Positions 22,155-30,862 of a stretch of 64,000 nt of DNA are shown piece by piece. The DNA lies in IMG/VR virus record IMGVR_UViG_3300032245_000624; one strand, 5' to 3'. This DNA is from a virus (taxonomy: Duplodnaviria > Heunggongvirae > Uroviricota > Caudoviricetes). The notes below the pieces were generated by a model. The model was not told the origin of the DNA. It saw only the letters and a program-made list of their open reading frames with translations, and ran no database searches. The position numbers were made by a program, and so were the translations under genes. Within the stretch, counting starts at the first letter, position 1; the number at the start of each line of letters is the position of its first letter.

Positions 22155-22350
22155 AGGCGGTTAGCTCTGCTTCTGTTTGGAATTTCCAAAGTTGAAAAGC
22201 CATCCGGACTCCAATTTGATTGTTCATTGTCCACTGCATTATAGCATCCGCTTCATCATCTGTCAATGATGATCCATCCAAATGATTTACTTCTATCCAA
22301 ATTGCACTTGGATATTTTTGGACATGAATACGTTTGTAGGCTATAGCCAT
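22135..22350 (-). CDS. Paralogue family small protein 1 (ends AFVLKWC)
   Basis: Shared motifs W-x-x-N-x-G near the N-terminus and F-x-LKW at the C-terminus. 10 nt overlap with the next gene. Confidence 0.55.
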   Translation of the reverse strand: MAIAYKRIHVQKYPSAIWIEVNHLDGSSLTDDEADAIMQWTMNNQIGVRMAFQLWKFQTEAELTAFVLKWC

Positions 22351-22658
22351 TTTAGGGTAAACATCATGGCATCTTCGCTGTTTTTGAACAAGAACAGCAT
22401 GTAGTCTTCTTTGGGATGGGTCATGTACTTGTCGCCGGGCAGTCCAAAGTTCTCCACAGCCCAGGCACAGGCTTCATTCCAAAAGTATGAAGTGTCTTTG
22501 CCTTTTTCCCATTTTAGTTCTACCAAATGCCAGTCTGGATTAGTTTCCATGATAATTTGCCATCCTATATCTTCTAGTATTTCGCGGTCAATTTGTTCAG
22601 CCAGTGCCCGGCCAGCCTGGTCCAGAAAGTCGTCTTGGATACTCTTGTTCACATCCAT
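22341..22658 (-). CDS. Paralogue family small protein 2 (ends MMFTLKWL)
   Basis: Family motifs AWAVENFG and FTLKWL. Confidence 0.55.
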   Translation of the reverse strand: MDVNKSIQDDFLDQAGRALAEQIDREILEDIGWQIIMETNPDWHLVELKWEKGKDTSYFWNEACAWAVENFGLPGDKYMTHPKEDYMLFLFKNSEDAMMFTLKWL

Positions 22659-22906
22659 TTTAGTGTAAACAACACTGCATCTGCATCTTCTGCAAAACAG
22701 AATTTATACAGTTCATACGCATCTTGACCGGCCCAAACGCAGGTCCATGCTCCATCACGATTGACAAATATGTCCCAACGTTTACCAATTTGACTGTTAC
22801 ACCATTGCATGGCATCCAAGTGCTTGGTCTTGTGAATAAACACGCTATGCTCTAGTTTCCGTAGACCGCGGCGTAGTTTGCGTTGTTGTGCTGAGTTCAT
22901 GACCAC
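22649..22906 (-). CDS. Paralogue family small protein 3 (ends AVLFTLKWM)
   Basis: Family motifs MQWCNSQIG and FTLKWM. Confidence 0.55.
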   Translation of the reverse strand: MVMNSAQQRKLRRGLRKLEHSVFIHKTKHLDAMQWCNSQIGKRWDIFVNRDGAWTCVWAGQDAYELYKFCFAEDADAVLFTLKWM

Positions 22907-23148
22907 CTCAATAAAAATACCAACAGATCTTTTTCTTCACGAAACCAAAACTTTGCATTGTTAACATACCAACGCTGACTAGGAGTAAACACGCCATCGC
23001 CACTGGTAGGACCAAATGTTTCAATCATCCAACCAATCATGTCATCCCACTTTTTATGATGTCCGTAGACCCAGTCATCTTCTAGTACAGGATGCACAGT
23101 CCAGTACCGGGCGCCAAATACTCGTCCTTCGGATCGTTCTATAACCAT
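22897..23148 (-). CDS. Paralogue family small protein 4 (ends LLVFLLRWS)
   Basis: C-terminal family motif. Confidence 0.55.
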   Translation of the reverse strand: MVIERSEGRVFGARYWTVHPVLEDDWVYGHHKKWDDMIGWMIETFGPTSGDGVFTPSQRWYVNNAKFWFREEKDLLVFLLRWS

Positions 23149-23321
23149 TTTAACTTAAACACCACAGCATCCTGCTCGTCTTCAAAGTAGTAGGCAACAT
23201 AAGCGCCGTCAATTTTAAATGTGCCAAATATTGTGCAAGACAAATAGCTTGCACAGTTATCTGCCGCCCAGTCTCTGGCTTCCCAGCTGTGCTCGTGTGG
23301 TAATGTTACAGTGTATCTCAT
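23139..23321 (-). CDS. Paralogue family small protein 5 (ends AVVFKLKWL). Likely starts at the internal ATG 23321, which is coupled as ATGA to the upstream stop
   Basis: tcat at 23318-23321 gives a stop/start overlap. The longer ORF 23139..23378 would overlap its neighbour by 61 nt. Confidence 0.5.
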   Translation of the reverse strand: MRYTVTLPHEHSWEARDWAADNCASYLSCTIFGTFKIDGAYVAYYFEDEQDAVVFKLKWL

Positions 23322-23536
23322 GACCAACGTAGTGCAAATAATGTTGCTTCTGCTTCGTCCCCAAAATATAAACCACAAGCTTCTTGTTCGCCTAGTGCAG
23401 TGGGATTACTTTTGATGTACACTTGATATGCACCGTACTCCGCTTCGAGCCAATCCCAAAAGTCATCATCGCAGTGATGTTGTTTATGATACTCTTGTAG
23501 CTTGTCCCAGAAAGGTTCAATGGGTATTGTTTTCAT
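23318..23536 (-). CDS. Paralogue family small protein 6 (ends ATLFALRWS)
   Basis: C-terminal family motif. Confidence 0.55.
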   Translation of the reverse strand: MKTIPIEPFWDKLQEYHKQHHCDDDFWDWLEAEYGAYQVYIKSNPTALGEQEACGLYFGDEAEATLFALRWS

Positions 23537-23748
23537 AGTTCTTTCATGGTCAGCATGGTGGCCCAGGCTTCTGAATCCCCATTGAACATGAATTGCAGTT
23601 CACGTTTGTTTTGATCCACACGCCAGGTGTAGTCTCGGCCCATAACAATACCCTGTTCCTTGAGCCAGCGTGAGATTGTCACACCGCGGTGTGTTTCTTG
23701 TTCTGATGTTCCTTCACGGAATGGTAGAGTAACAGTTTTCATGCCCAT
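23533..23748 (-). CDS. Paralogue family small protein 7 (divergent, ends ATMLTMKEL)
   Basis: Position and size within the array. Weaker motif. Confidence 0.45.
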   Translation of the reverse strand: MGMKTVTLPFREGTSEQETHRGVTISRWLKEQGIVMGRDYTWRVDQNKRELQFMFNGDSEAWATMLTMKEL

Positions 23749-23951
23749 TTTAATTTAAACAACATAGCATGTTTGTCTTCCCGGAATTTAAACCAGGTGT
23801 TCCCAAACATACTATACACGCACCACACACCTTCCACATCGTCGATGGTGTGTTCCCACCCGCCGGGTCCTATATTCTCCCGACACCATTTAATCATTTC
23901 ATCTTGTTGATGATACTGACGTTTGTCAAATCCTACTTCTGTTCTTGCCAT
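23739..23951 (-). CDS. Paralogue family small protein 8 (ends AMLFKLKWA)
   Basis: Motifs IKWCRENIGPGGW and FKLKWA. Confidence 0.55.
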   Translation of the reverse strand: MARTEVGFDKRQYHQQDEMIKWCRENIGPGGWEHTIDDVEGVWCVYSMFGNTWFKFREDKHAMLFKLKWA

Positions 23952-24402
23952 TTTCTTCTCTATCGTGCATGGTTATTCCATCCAGGTGATCCAACTCATG
24001 TTGGTAACACACAGCGGCCATACCTTCTAGTTCTTCCTCGCGCCACTCGCCTTCGATTGTTTGATAACGTGCCCAGATTTTTCTTGGACGGTGTGTTTGC
24101 ACATATTCATCCGGAAAGCTCAAACAACCTTCTTGACACTCAAACAGTTGATCTGTGGTGGCATCGGAGAACTCTGGATTAAAACAAGTTCTAGCAATAC
24201 CATCTACATTTATCACAAACACTCGGCGACTGATTCCCACTTGTGGCGCAGCCAGCCCGATTGCACCTGCACGATCCATGAATTCGTGCATCATAGTGCT
24301 CAGGCGCATGAGTGGGCGAGCATCTTCAAACGTAACCAGCTTGGCTACATTTTTCAGCACTCGATGAGTGAGCTTGAGTTTATTAGGAATGATCATAGCC
24401 AT
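23926..24402 (-). CDS. def: Peptide deformylase
   Basis: Three PDF motifs are present: GIGLAAPQVG, EGCLSFP and HELDHL. Confidence 0.85.
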   Translation of the reverse strand: MAMIIPNKLKLTHRVLKNVAKLVTFEDARPLMRLSTMMHEFMDRAGAIGLAAPQVGISRRVFVINVDGIARTCFNPEFSDATTDQLFECQEGCLSFPDEYVQTHRPRKIWARYQTIEGEWREEELEGMAAVCYQHELDHLDGITMHDREENGKNRSRI

Positions 24403-24581
24403 TTTAATGAAAATAACACAGCGTCTTTGCTTCGGGTGAATATGAATTCATAGCGTGGGGTTTTACTGAACAGTGCCTCGGGCGGAACATTCAAGGTCCA
24501 GTACTTGTAGCCAATGTTTTTCACAGCCCAGGCGCCGGCCTCGGTTGCACGTTCTGGATCAGTTAGGGTTATGGTTTGCAT
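24393..24581 (-). CDS. Paralogue family small protein 9 (ends AVLFSLKWL)
   Basis: Motifs AWAVKNIG and FSLKWL. Confidence 0.55.
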   Translation of the reverse strand: MQTITLTDPERATEAGAWAVKNIGYKYWTLNVPPEALFSKTPRYEFIFTRSKDAVLFSLKWL

Positions 24582-24612
24582 AACTTATTATAGCATAATA
24601 TAACAATTTATG

Positions 24613-24813
24613 TCAATCGTTCCATTTTAGAACAAACCAAGCCGCATGGGATTCGCGGTGGAATATAAAGCAGGTGCTGCCGATAGTATTGTCCAATTCG
24701 CCCCAGTGCCCAGCCCAGATACTCCAGCACCATTCCAATCTTTCGGCAATTTGGTCACGTGTTATTCTTCCACAATTCACGTGCCATTTGTCATTTTTTC
24801 TTATCAGTTTCAT
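24613..24813 (-). CDS. Paralogue family small protein 10 (ends AAWFVLKWND)
   Basis: C-terminal family motif. Confidence 0.5.
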   Translation of the reverse strand: MKLIRKNDKWHVNCGRITRDQIAERLEWCWSIWAGHWGELDNTIGSTCFIFHRESHAAWFVLKWND

Positions 24814-25273
24814 CTATGCACAGGGCTTCTAGTACTTTGTAGTGTTCGTATGCTTGTTTAAGTGCTTCGTATTTTTCCAAACGGGCAGGATCGGGTACCA
24901 GGATAGCTAGACGGTCTTGGATCTTGGCCAACAGGTCAGTTATGTTTACTCCACCCACTTTTAGGGTACCTTCTACCTCAGCATCGCCTGAAACCTTCAA
25001 TGCCGAGTTAGATGTAGCGCCAACGGTTACCATTGGGCTGGTTGCAGTGGTCCAAGTAGGACCACTGCCATTGCTGGTATAGTAGGATCCTGATCCACCT
25101 GTGCCAGTCAAAGTGCTATACGTGTAACAGCCAGTGGCACTGGTGGTTAATGTGATGTTCCCTGTTGGAGCTACGTTTGCGGTTGGGTAAAGATTGCCAA
25201 CTGAAATATTATATGCCATATTGTTGTCCAAAGATTCTGGCAGGTAAGGAGCAAAGCTGAGTAAGCTGGACAA
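24791..25273 (-). CDS. Hypothetical protein (160 aa), Gly/Thr-rich with a C-terminal coiled coil
   Basis: ORF. The start may be the internal MAYNIS. Confidence 0.45.
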   Translation of the reverse strand: MSSLLSFAPYLPESLDNNMAYNISVGNLYPTANVAPTGNITLTTSATGCYTYSTLTGTGGSGSYYTSNGSGPTWTTATSPMVTVGATSNSALKVSGDAEVEGTLKVGGVNITDLLAKIQDRLAILVPDPARLEKYEALKQAYEHYKVLEALCIDETDKKK

Positions 25274-25490
25274 TTGACATCAGACAATTATCAACATACA
25301 AATTACAGAGGACCTAATATTGCCTGGGAACAATAGACAAAGTTTTTGCCCAGGAGCACTAGATCACGAGGCGTTAGCCATTAAGTTCGGTGTCTTTTAT
25401 GAAGACTCCTGTGTGCTTATCATGCTTCCTCTTCTTACCATCACGCCAAGGACAGGCAAGCCTGCCCCACTAAGGGACCAGCCCTTAGAT

Positions 25491-26069
25491 TTATAGCAGT
25501 GCCTCGCGGACGAGAACTGCTTCAACATCTGGAGTTAACTGGATCTCGGTACGAATATTGAGTTCCAGGATTTCGTCGTTGAGTCTTTGCTTCTGCTTCT
25601 TGAGATCACGGATCACACTACGGATGCCGTCAATCTGTTCACTGGACAAAACACCAGTGCTGATTTCATCGCTGTAACCATATAGGTGACCGCGAGCATC
25701 AGCTGGCCGATTGCGAATTTTATCTAACTTACCAGATACAATCGTGATCTCGGTGATTAGATTATCTGCAACAGCCATTGCTTCCAGTTGAGCAATGCGC
25801 TTGTCAACATAGGCAGCGTGACTGAGTTTGTCAGCAATGCCAGACTGTGCATTGCCCTGGCCCACAAGACTACGCAGGCTATAGATGCTCATCAACAGAT
25901 CATTTCTGCGACTATCGTTGGCCAACAAACGACTGTTGGCAGTGGCAATGGCTTCAGCAGGATCTTGAAACTCTGACAGTGCCAGAGTGCATTTAACATC
26001 AATTGATGCCATTAAATCTTGTAGAGATTTTTGCAGGGCAGAAGCTTTGCGAAGTGTAATTTGTGCCAT
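25491..26069 (-). CDS. Hypothetical protein (192 aa), predicted alpha-helical/coiled coil
   Basis: ORF with a consensus promoter directly upstream (26103-26131). Confidence 0.55.
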   Translation of the reverse strand: MAQITLRKASALQKSLQDLMASIDVKCTLALSEFQDPAEAIATANSRLLANDSRRNDLLMSIYSLRSLVGQGNAQSGIADKLSHAAYVDKRIAQLEAMAVADNLITEITIVSGKLDKIRNRPADARGHLYGYSDEISTGVLSSEQIDGIRSVIRDLKKQKQRLNDEILELNIRTEIQLTPDVEAVLVREALL

Positions 26070-26102
26070 GATATATTTCCTTTGTAAGTGAATATTATAA
26101 AA

Positions 26103-26139
26103 TACACAAGGCTGTTTTGCAACCTTGTGTTTTACCGTT
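26103..26139 (-). terminator. Intrinsic terminator hairpin ACACAAGG...CCTTGTGT plus a U-tract. It embraces the -35 of the next promoter (TTGCAA-17-TATAAT)
   Basis: 8 bp inverted repeat at 26113-26139 followed (minus sense) by AUUUUAUAAU. -35 plus ttgcaa at 26126-26131. -10 plus attata at 26103-26108. Confidence 0.55.
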
Positions 26140-26963
26140 TAGATATCGAATCCAATACGAGGATCAAAATCTTTGGCCTGTTGCTCGTATCCGTAGTAGC
26201 CACGTGGGTTGGCAATAACATTGCATTCACCAATCATGTAGTTGCTAGGGTCGTGCATGTGACCATGTGTCCAGAACTTGATCTGTGGACGATCTAAGAT
26301 GAACTCGCTGAGGTCTGACGCATAGCCGCCATTCATGTGATGATCATGTTTGTAATGCTCATGCACACTCATGAAGCTGGGTGCGTGATGTGTACACACC
26401 ACAACATCCTTGCCTGGATGTTTGTCAATTTCATTGCTGAAAAACTCCTTGGTACGCATATGAGTTTCCATAGTGTCTTGTGGAATCAGCTTGCGATACA
26501 CACCATTCTTCATGTGTGTGATAGCACGATAGTCGTTCATGCCATGCTTCAAGGTCTGAATAGTCAGCGGATCGCCTTTGTTGCAGTCAGTCCACAGCGT
26601 GGCACCCAGGAACAGTACATTGTCAATAACCAGGCTTTGATCTTCAAGAACCTCTACATTATCAGGCATTTCCGCACAGATTTCGTGCCAGGTCTTGCTG
26701 TATTTTGTATGATAGTGCTCGTGGTTGCCCATCACATAGATAACCTGACGATACTTGGTACATTCTTCAATGAAGAAACGGATAGCACGATCCAGGCGCT
26801 TGCCTTCGTTGCCGTTGTCACCTAACAGGTTGTTTGGATCATACTTGTACTTGCGTAGGGTACGACTCTCACACGCATCGCCGGAGATCACTAGAACATC
26901 GCCACCTGGTAGATAAAGGTCGCGGAATTCAAGGTGAAGATCAGAGATTACGTTTACACGCAT
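26139..26963 (-). CDS. Calcineurin-like metallophosphoesterase
   Basis: N-terminal MRVNVISDLHLE plus GNHE/GHxH-type motifs. Confidence 0.75.
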   Translation of the reverse strand: MRVNVISDLHLEFRDLYLPGGDVLVISGDACESRTLRKYKYDPNNLLGDNGNEGKRLDRAIRFFIEECTKYRQVIYVMGNHEHYHTKYSKTWHEICAEMPDNVEVLEDQSLVIDNVLFLGATLWTDCNKGDPLTIQTLKHGMNDYRAITHMKNGVYRKLIPQDTMETHMRTKEFFSNEIDKHPGKDVVVCTHHAPSFMSVHEHYKHDHHMNGGYASDLSEFILDRPQIKFWTHGHMHDPSNYMIGECNVIANPRGYYGYEQQAKDFDPRIGFDI

Positions 26964-26992
26964 AATATATCCATTTCAAGGTTGAGCTAGTA

Positions 26993-27385
26993 TTATAGCA
27001 GAGGTTTTGTGTTTTGGTCGACCAGTATCCAGCCTAGTTTTTCCAAATCTTTTTCAATGATAGGAACTACAAAACTTTCAGGCACAAAGTCTGGGTTGAG
27101 CAGTTGTACTCCAGAGCAGTACCAGGTGTCTAACTGGTCTTCGCGTATTTCTGCTACAATATTGGCTGCATAGCGCCAGGTGCAATCCCAAGTTACATTT
27201 TTGAGTATGGCCCACACATCGTATGGTCCGTAGGTGTTATTACACAGGGCGGCATAGAAATTTTGAGCATACACCTGATCATGCCGGATGCGATCCATCA
27301 TCCACCAGGTTTTTTTGACATCCCGTTCAAGATTAAAAACAGGATTGAACAATTCATAATCCATACTAGTATTTAATATGGACAA
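26993..27385 (-). CDS. Hypothetical protein (130 aa)
   Basis: ORF in the chain. Confidence 0.5.
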   Translation of the reverse strand: MSILNTSMDYELFNPVFNLERDVKKTWWMMDRIRHDQVYAQNFYAALCNNTYGPYDVWAILKNVTWDCTWRYAANIVAEIREDQLDTWYCSGVQLLNPDFVPESFVVPIIEKDLEKLGWILVDQNTKPLL

Positions 27386-27410
27386 AAGAAAAGGCGCCCG
27401 AAAGCGCCTT
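27381..27410 (-). terminator. Rho-independent terminator (GGCGCUUUCGGGCGCC plus UUUUCUUUUG)
   Basis: GC hairpin at 27391-27410 with a U-tract at 27381-27391, downstream of gene 27429..27725. Confidence 0.65.
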
Positions 27411-27428
27411 TGTTTAATTCAAATTGAA

Positions 27429-27725
27429 TTAAACTGTGATGCCCAGGCTCTGTGCTTTGTATGCCAAAGCAACCATCTTGCGACTTGCTTCGCCATGACG
27501 GTATTCTGTTACTGTAACGCCATTGCCAGCTTTACGGGTGTTTGCGTAGATCGCATAACCACGTTGGCGAATGTTGCTGATAGTAGCAGTTGGGTTTTTA
27601 ACGCCAAAACGCTTGCTGATTTCAGCGGCGCTCATTGTTTCGCCTTTGCGGACGATTGCGTTGAAGACCTTACCAGTTTTGGTTTCTAGGTCAAAGTTAC
27701 GAATTGATTTCGTTGCATGTGTCAT
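27429..27725 (-). CDS. Putative small DNA-binding protein (98 aa), a candidate autoregulated transcription factor
   Basis: HTH-like segment MSAAEISKRFGVKNPTATISNIRQRGYAI. A perfect palindrome overlaps its own promoter. Confidence 0.45.
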   Translation of the reverse strand: MTHATKSIRNFDLETKTGKVFNAIVRKGETMSAAEISKRFGVKNPTATISNIRQRGYAIYANTRKAGNGVTVTEYRHGEASRKMVALAYKAQSLGITV

Positions 27726-27770
27726 TTTTAAGTTTCCTCTATAAAGTAGCTGTAATCACAGCATGGTCTA

Positions 27771-27821
27771 AGTATAGCTGAAACTTAGTACACAAGCAAG
27801 ACTATTTGGTAATCTTGCTTG
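27771..27821 (-). promoter_or_regulatory. Promoter (-10 TATACT) whose -35 region is overlapped by the perfect palindrome CAAGCAAGA-N11-TCTTGCTTG (27793-27821)
   Basis: Plus agtata at 27771-27776. The inverted repeat has 9 bp arms. The same arm sequence recurs at 29866-29887. Confidence 0.5.
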
Positions 27822-27835
27822 CGGTTTATTAACCG

Positions 27836-28063
27836 TTATGCTTGGTCAACAAACTTCTTCAGTTCCTCGGCCTTGGCCACAATATCCGTACTGGTTGGAA
27901 AGTCTGGCATGGTTGGATAAGGAAGGGTTCCACGGTTAGCATCGGTCAGCTTGGAATGATATTCATCATTGAGGCATACTCGCTTTTGGTGGATTGGCGT
28001 CACAAGAATTTCGTTAGCCATTTTCAAGAGTTCGAGACGGATCTCGTAAGGTGTTTTGCTCAT
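27836..28063 (-). CDS. Hypothetical protein (75 aa)
   Basis: ORF. Confidence 0.45.
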   Translation of the reverse strand: MSKTPYEIRLELLKMANEILVTPIHQKRVCLNDEYHSKLTDANRGTLPYPTMPDFPTSTDIVAKAEELKKFVDQA

Positions 28064-28149
28064 ATTTTTCTCCTTTGTGTGTATGTGTGTTAAACACGAG
28101 CTGTAGCTGTTGCTACAAAAATATTTATAAAGCCTACGGTAGTGGTAGA

Positions 28150-29160
28150 TTATTTTTGTTCAAGATATCTTGCCGAATTCAGTTGCTCTGCTAGTCTTCT
28201 TATAGCATCAGTTCTAGTTAGACGAGTTCGAGCAAGCTCTTGTGCATTGTTGATGATATAGGATTCCAGGGCCGGATCGTTTTTAATCATGTCCACATAA
28301 TCCACAAGATCCGACAAATCTGATTTGATAGGCACATAGTGTACCCAAGGCTTGAGCCATTGGTAAAAATCTTCTTGGTAGGTTCTTGGTTCCATGAAAA
28401 GAACTCTGGGTGCATGTAGTAGAATTTTTGTACGACCAGAATATCCCCAGCCTTCTAGGTCTATTAGGAATCTCCAACGCAACACCTGATCCTTGATACT
28501 GAGCCAGTCAGCTGGAGATTCTACAATTTTGCAATCGTAATCGTGCTGAGCAGACAGAGTACAGAGATCTTTTCTACGTTGAATGATATTGGAGCCACGC
28601 CAGCCCAGAGTGTCATGCAATGCAGGAGTATCCAGTTGCTGGAGCCAATTGGTCAGTTCATCAAAGCTGTCAATATGAGCGCCACCCCATGAATCATAAA
28701 CAAAATCAGGAATACACTCATTCCATTTACTTGATCGGGTTGATGCGGAAAACACTGGGTATTTGATGTCACGAACTGAGTTGTCCGTGACTAGATTGCA
28801 TTCAGGATCCTGATATATGCCAGTACTGGCCACATCATTGGTGTAGGATCGCCAGTCTTGATCATCGTAGCAGATCATTATCCAGGAAAAGTCTGGCACT
28901 AGATATATTTTCACAGCCTGTTCAATCATGAGCTTCATGCTGTCTATACGAGATAGGATAGTAGTATCTCTAGGCACAGGCACATGATACTCCAATTGGT
29001 CATTGATCTTTCTCACGCTGAAAAAGCAACTAGCATTAGGAATAACATGCGGCGGAAGGTCTGGGTCTGGTGTTTGTAGATATAAAAAATTATCTGGCGT
29101 GCCTGCCATTGCTTCTAGATTTTTATATCCTTGTTTAGTATCGGAATGCCATTTGAACAT
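28150..29160 (-). CDS. CAP10/GT90-family glycosyltransferase-like protein
   Basis: Segment WRFLIDLEGWGYSGRTKILLHAPRVLFMEP...HYVPIKSDLSDL resembles the Glyco_transf_90 (CAP10) core. Confidence 0.6.
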   Translation of the reverse strand: MFKWHSDTKQGYKNLEAMAGTPDNFLYLQTPDPDLPPHVIPNASCFFSVRKINDQLEYHVPVPRDTTILSRIDSMKLMIEQAVKIYLVPDFSWIMICYDDQDWRSYTNDVASTGIYQDPECNLVTDNSVRDIKYPVFSASTRSSKWNECIPDFVYDSWGGAHIDSFDELTNWLQQLDTPALHDTLGWRGSNIIQRRKDLCTLSAQHDYDCKIVESPADWLSIKDQVLRWRFLIDLEGWGYSGRTKILLHAPRVLFMEPRTYQEDFYQWLKPWVHYVPIKSDLSDLVDYVDMIKNDPALESYIINNAQELARTRLTRTDAIRRLAEQLNSARYLEQK

Positions 29161-29169
29161 GCGAGTACT

Positions 29170-29194
29170 TATAACAAAGCCCCTTACGGGGCTA
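29170..29194 (-). terminator. Hairpin AGCCCCGUAAGGGGCU plus UUGUUAU (weak terminator or attenuator)
   Basis: Inverted repeat at 29177-29194. Confidence 0.4.
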
Positions 29195-29199
29195 AGTTT

Positions 29200-29394
29200 T
29201 TATTTCTTTTTAGTGTCTTTTTTTGGTTCAGGGTCCGTTGGGTTACCAGTGGTAACTTTATCTGCTTTTTTGTGAACCTTGATAGTTTTGCAAACCTGCT
29301 TGCCGTCTTTTTCGTGGCAAACTTTTTTCATTTCTGCTTCTGCGTTTGCGCCTAATGCAAACATCATGGCAATAACTGCAACTAGATATTTCAT
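29200..29394 (-). CDS. Small secreted Lys-rich protein (64 aa) with a Sec signal peptide
   Basis: Signal peptide MKYLVAVIAMMFALGANA. RBS AGGAGA 6 nt upstream. Confidence 0.55.
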   Translation of the reverse strand: MKYLVAVIAMMFALGANAEAEMKKVCHEKDGKQVCKTIKVHKKADKVTTGNPTDPEPKKDTKKK

Positions 29395-29589
29395 GGTAAT
29401 TCTCCTGGAAAGATTATGTACTAGTATTTACACCAATAAGAAAAATGGAGCTTGTTAGCCCCATTTCTCGTCGTACTTTCTAAGTGCAAGTTGCCTTGCT
29501 AACCACAATCTAAACTTCACATGGTCTGATAGTTCAGGATCTTGATCTACTATCTTACCAAATTCGCTAGCTTTTCGATTACGGCCAAA

Positions 29590-29617
29590 TGTGACCTCAT
29601 CGTCTATTATGAGGTCA
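29590..29617 (-). other. Perfect 10 bp inverted repeat GTGACCTCAT-N8-ATGAGGTCAC, just downstream of gene 29636..29851
   Basis: Seen in the sequence. Candidate RNA stem-loop, terminator or binding site. Confidence 0.45.
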
Positions 29618-29635
29618 CTGTCGTCTAGCCCAAAA

Positions 29636-29851
29636 TTACTTCGCTGGGGTAGTAGCGGCTTTTGCGTCTGCTTTAGGTGCGTCTTTCTTTGCAGACTCAC
29701 TTTTTGCAGGCTTCTTCTCGTCTTTTTTAACCTCTGCTTTAGCAGGTGCGGCTGACGCAGCCGGTGCTGGAGTTGCAGGTGCCTTGGCTGGCTCTGCGGC
29801 AAAAGCGGATAGTGCAAATGTTGTAGCAATCAATGCGATAAGTTGTTTCAT
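29636..29851 (-). CDS. Small secreted Ala/Lys/Pro-rich low-complexity protein (71 aa)
   Basis: Signal peptide MKQLIALIATTFALSAFA. RBS GGAGA. The overlapping ORF 29455..29829 in another frame is judged spurious. Confidence 0.6.
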   Translation of the reverse strand: MKQLIALIATTFALSAFAAEPAKAPATPAPAASAAPAKAEVKKDEKKPAKSESAKKDAPKADAKAATTPAK

Positions 29852-29865
29852 GTTAATCTCCTATG

Positions 29866-29887
29866 TTAGATTTGAAACTCAAGCAAG
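29866..29887 (-). promoter_or_regulatory. Second copy of the CAAGCAAG/CTTGCTTG inverted repeat (6 nt spacer), in the 5' region of the secreted-protein gene
   Basis: caagcaagaacttacttgcttg lies adjacent to a TATATA -10-like element. Confidence 0.45.
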
Positions 29888-29917
29888 AACTTACTTGCTT
29901 GTATATACAACGCCTTA

Positions 29918-30100
29918 CTACGTTCCTGCGTTGACTTGTTTGGATAAACTGATTTCGCCTGCGCCATCAATCTTCCATGTTAGTGTATCGCCGATAACCC
30001 AGCCTAGATCTTTGAGCATTTCTGGGGGTAATGGCATCATTAAATCTCCAGTGTCTGGATCTTCTTCTAATTCCACAATCCAATGCGTTTGTTTTGTCAT
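29918..30100 (-). CDS. Hypothetical protein (60 aa)
   Basis: ORF in the coupled chain. Confidence 0.4.
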   Translation of the reverse strand: MTKQTHWIVELEEDPDTGDLMMPLPPEMLKDLGWVIGDTLTWKIDGAGEISLSKQVNAGT

Positions 30101-30426
30101 TCCACTACCTTTAATTTTGGCTTGCCTTTTTTAGGTTCCGGGGGAGCAGTGTCAAGTGGAATAGATCTTTCCAACAAGGTAATTGGAAAAACAAAACTGT
30201 TTTCATTAGAGTCATCCTCAACACCAAAGTAACGCTCAAGAATTCGCCGACCAAACCATTTGTGATTGCGTATTGGCACCACTACCATGCGACTCAAAAG
30301 GTCATTTGTAGTGGCCTCATTGAGATAACCATGACGAAATAACCAATAAATGGTTTGATGCGTTTGCTCAGTTAACTGGCCCGCATGTTCGTCAATGCTA
30401 AATCGAAATGATTCAATCTTTGTCAT
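30097..30426 (-). CDS. Hypothetical protein (109 aa)
   Basis: ORF with ATGA coupling. Confidence 0.5.
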   Translation of the reverse strand: MTKIESFRFSIDEHAGQLTEQTHQTIYWLFRHGYLNEATTNDLLSRMVVVPIRNHKWFGRRILERYFGVEDDSNENSFVFPITLLERSIPLDTAPPEPKKGKPKLKVVE

Positions 30427-30849
30427 TTACTTTGTTTTTTCATAGGTTTGATTGAAGATATCTATCTTAACCACACCATAGTCGCTAGGACCGTGTCGTA
30501 CAAGAACGTCTTCTCCACTGCGGTAGTATAGCGTTTCTCCCCAACTGGTGTCAACTGATCCATCGTGGTCAGCAATCTTGGCCAACTTCACAATCTTTTT
30601 AGGATAGCACACACCCTTGCCAGCATCGTCTTTGAGTTCACGAAATTTGTTAGGGGGGATTGGATATTGTTCGCCTTTGGGTCCTGTTAGGATATAAAAG
30701 CCTTTGCGGTAGTTGACCGGACCTTCTAGAGTGTTAATAGTACCGTCTTGTTGTGCTATTTCATAGTGTTCGGGATTGGGCTTCTTGTATGCTTTGAAAC
30801 CATTACGAAACCAATCGTCATCGATTGCCGCGATCTCGTTTATTCTCAT
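30427..30849 (-). CDS. Hypothetical protein (140 aa)
   Basis: ORF. Confidence 0.5.
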   Translation of the reverse strand: MRINEIAAIDDDWFRNGFKAYKKPNPEHYEIAQQDGTINTLEGPVNYRKGFYILTGPKGEQYPIPPNKFRELKDDAGKGVCYPKKIVKLAKIADHDGSVDTSWGETLYYRSGEDVLVRHGPSDYGVVKIDIFNQTYEKTK

Positions 30850-30862
30850 AATCTTGTTACCT

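Noticed and set aside
27844-27849. TTGACC box inside gene 27836..28063
   Set aside because: No acceptable -10 lies 16-18 nt downstream. It is probably a chance occurrence within coding sequence.
29455-29829. ORF 29455..29829 (124 aa)
   Set aside because: It overlaps the better-supported secreted-protein gene 29636..29851 (signal peptide and RBS) in another frame. The remainder after that gene's stop has no plausible start codon.
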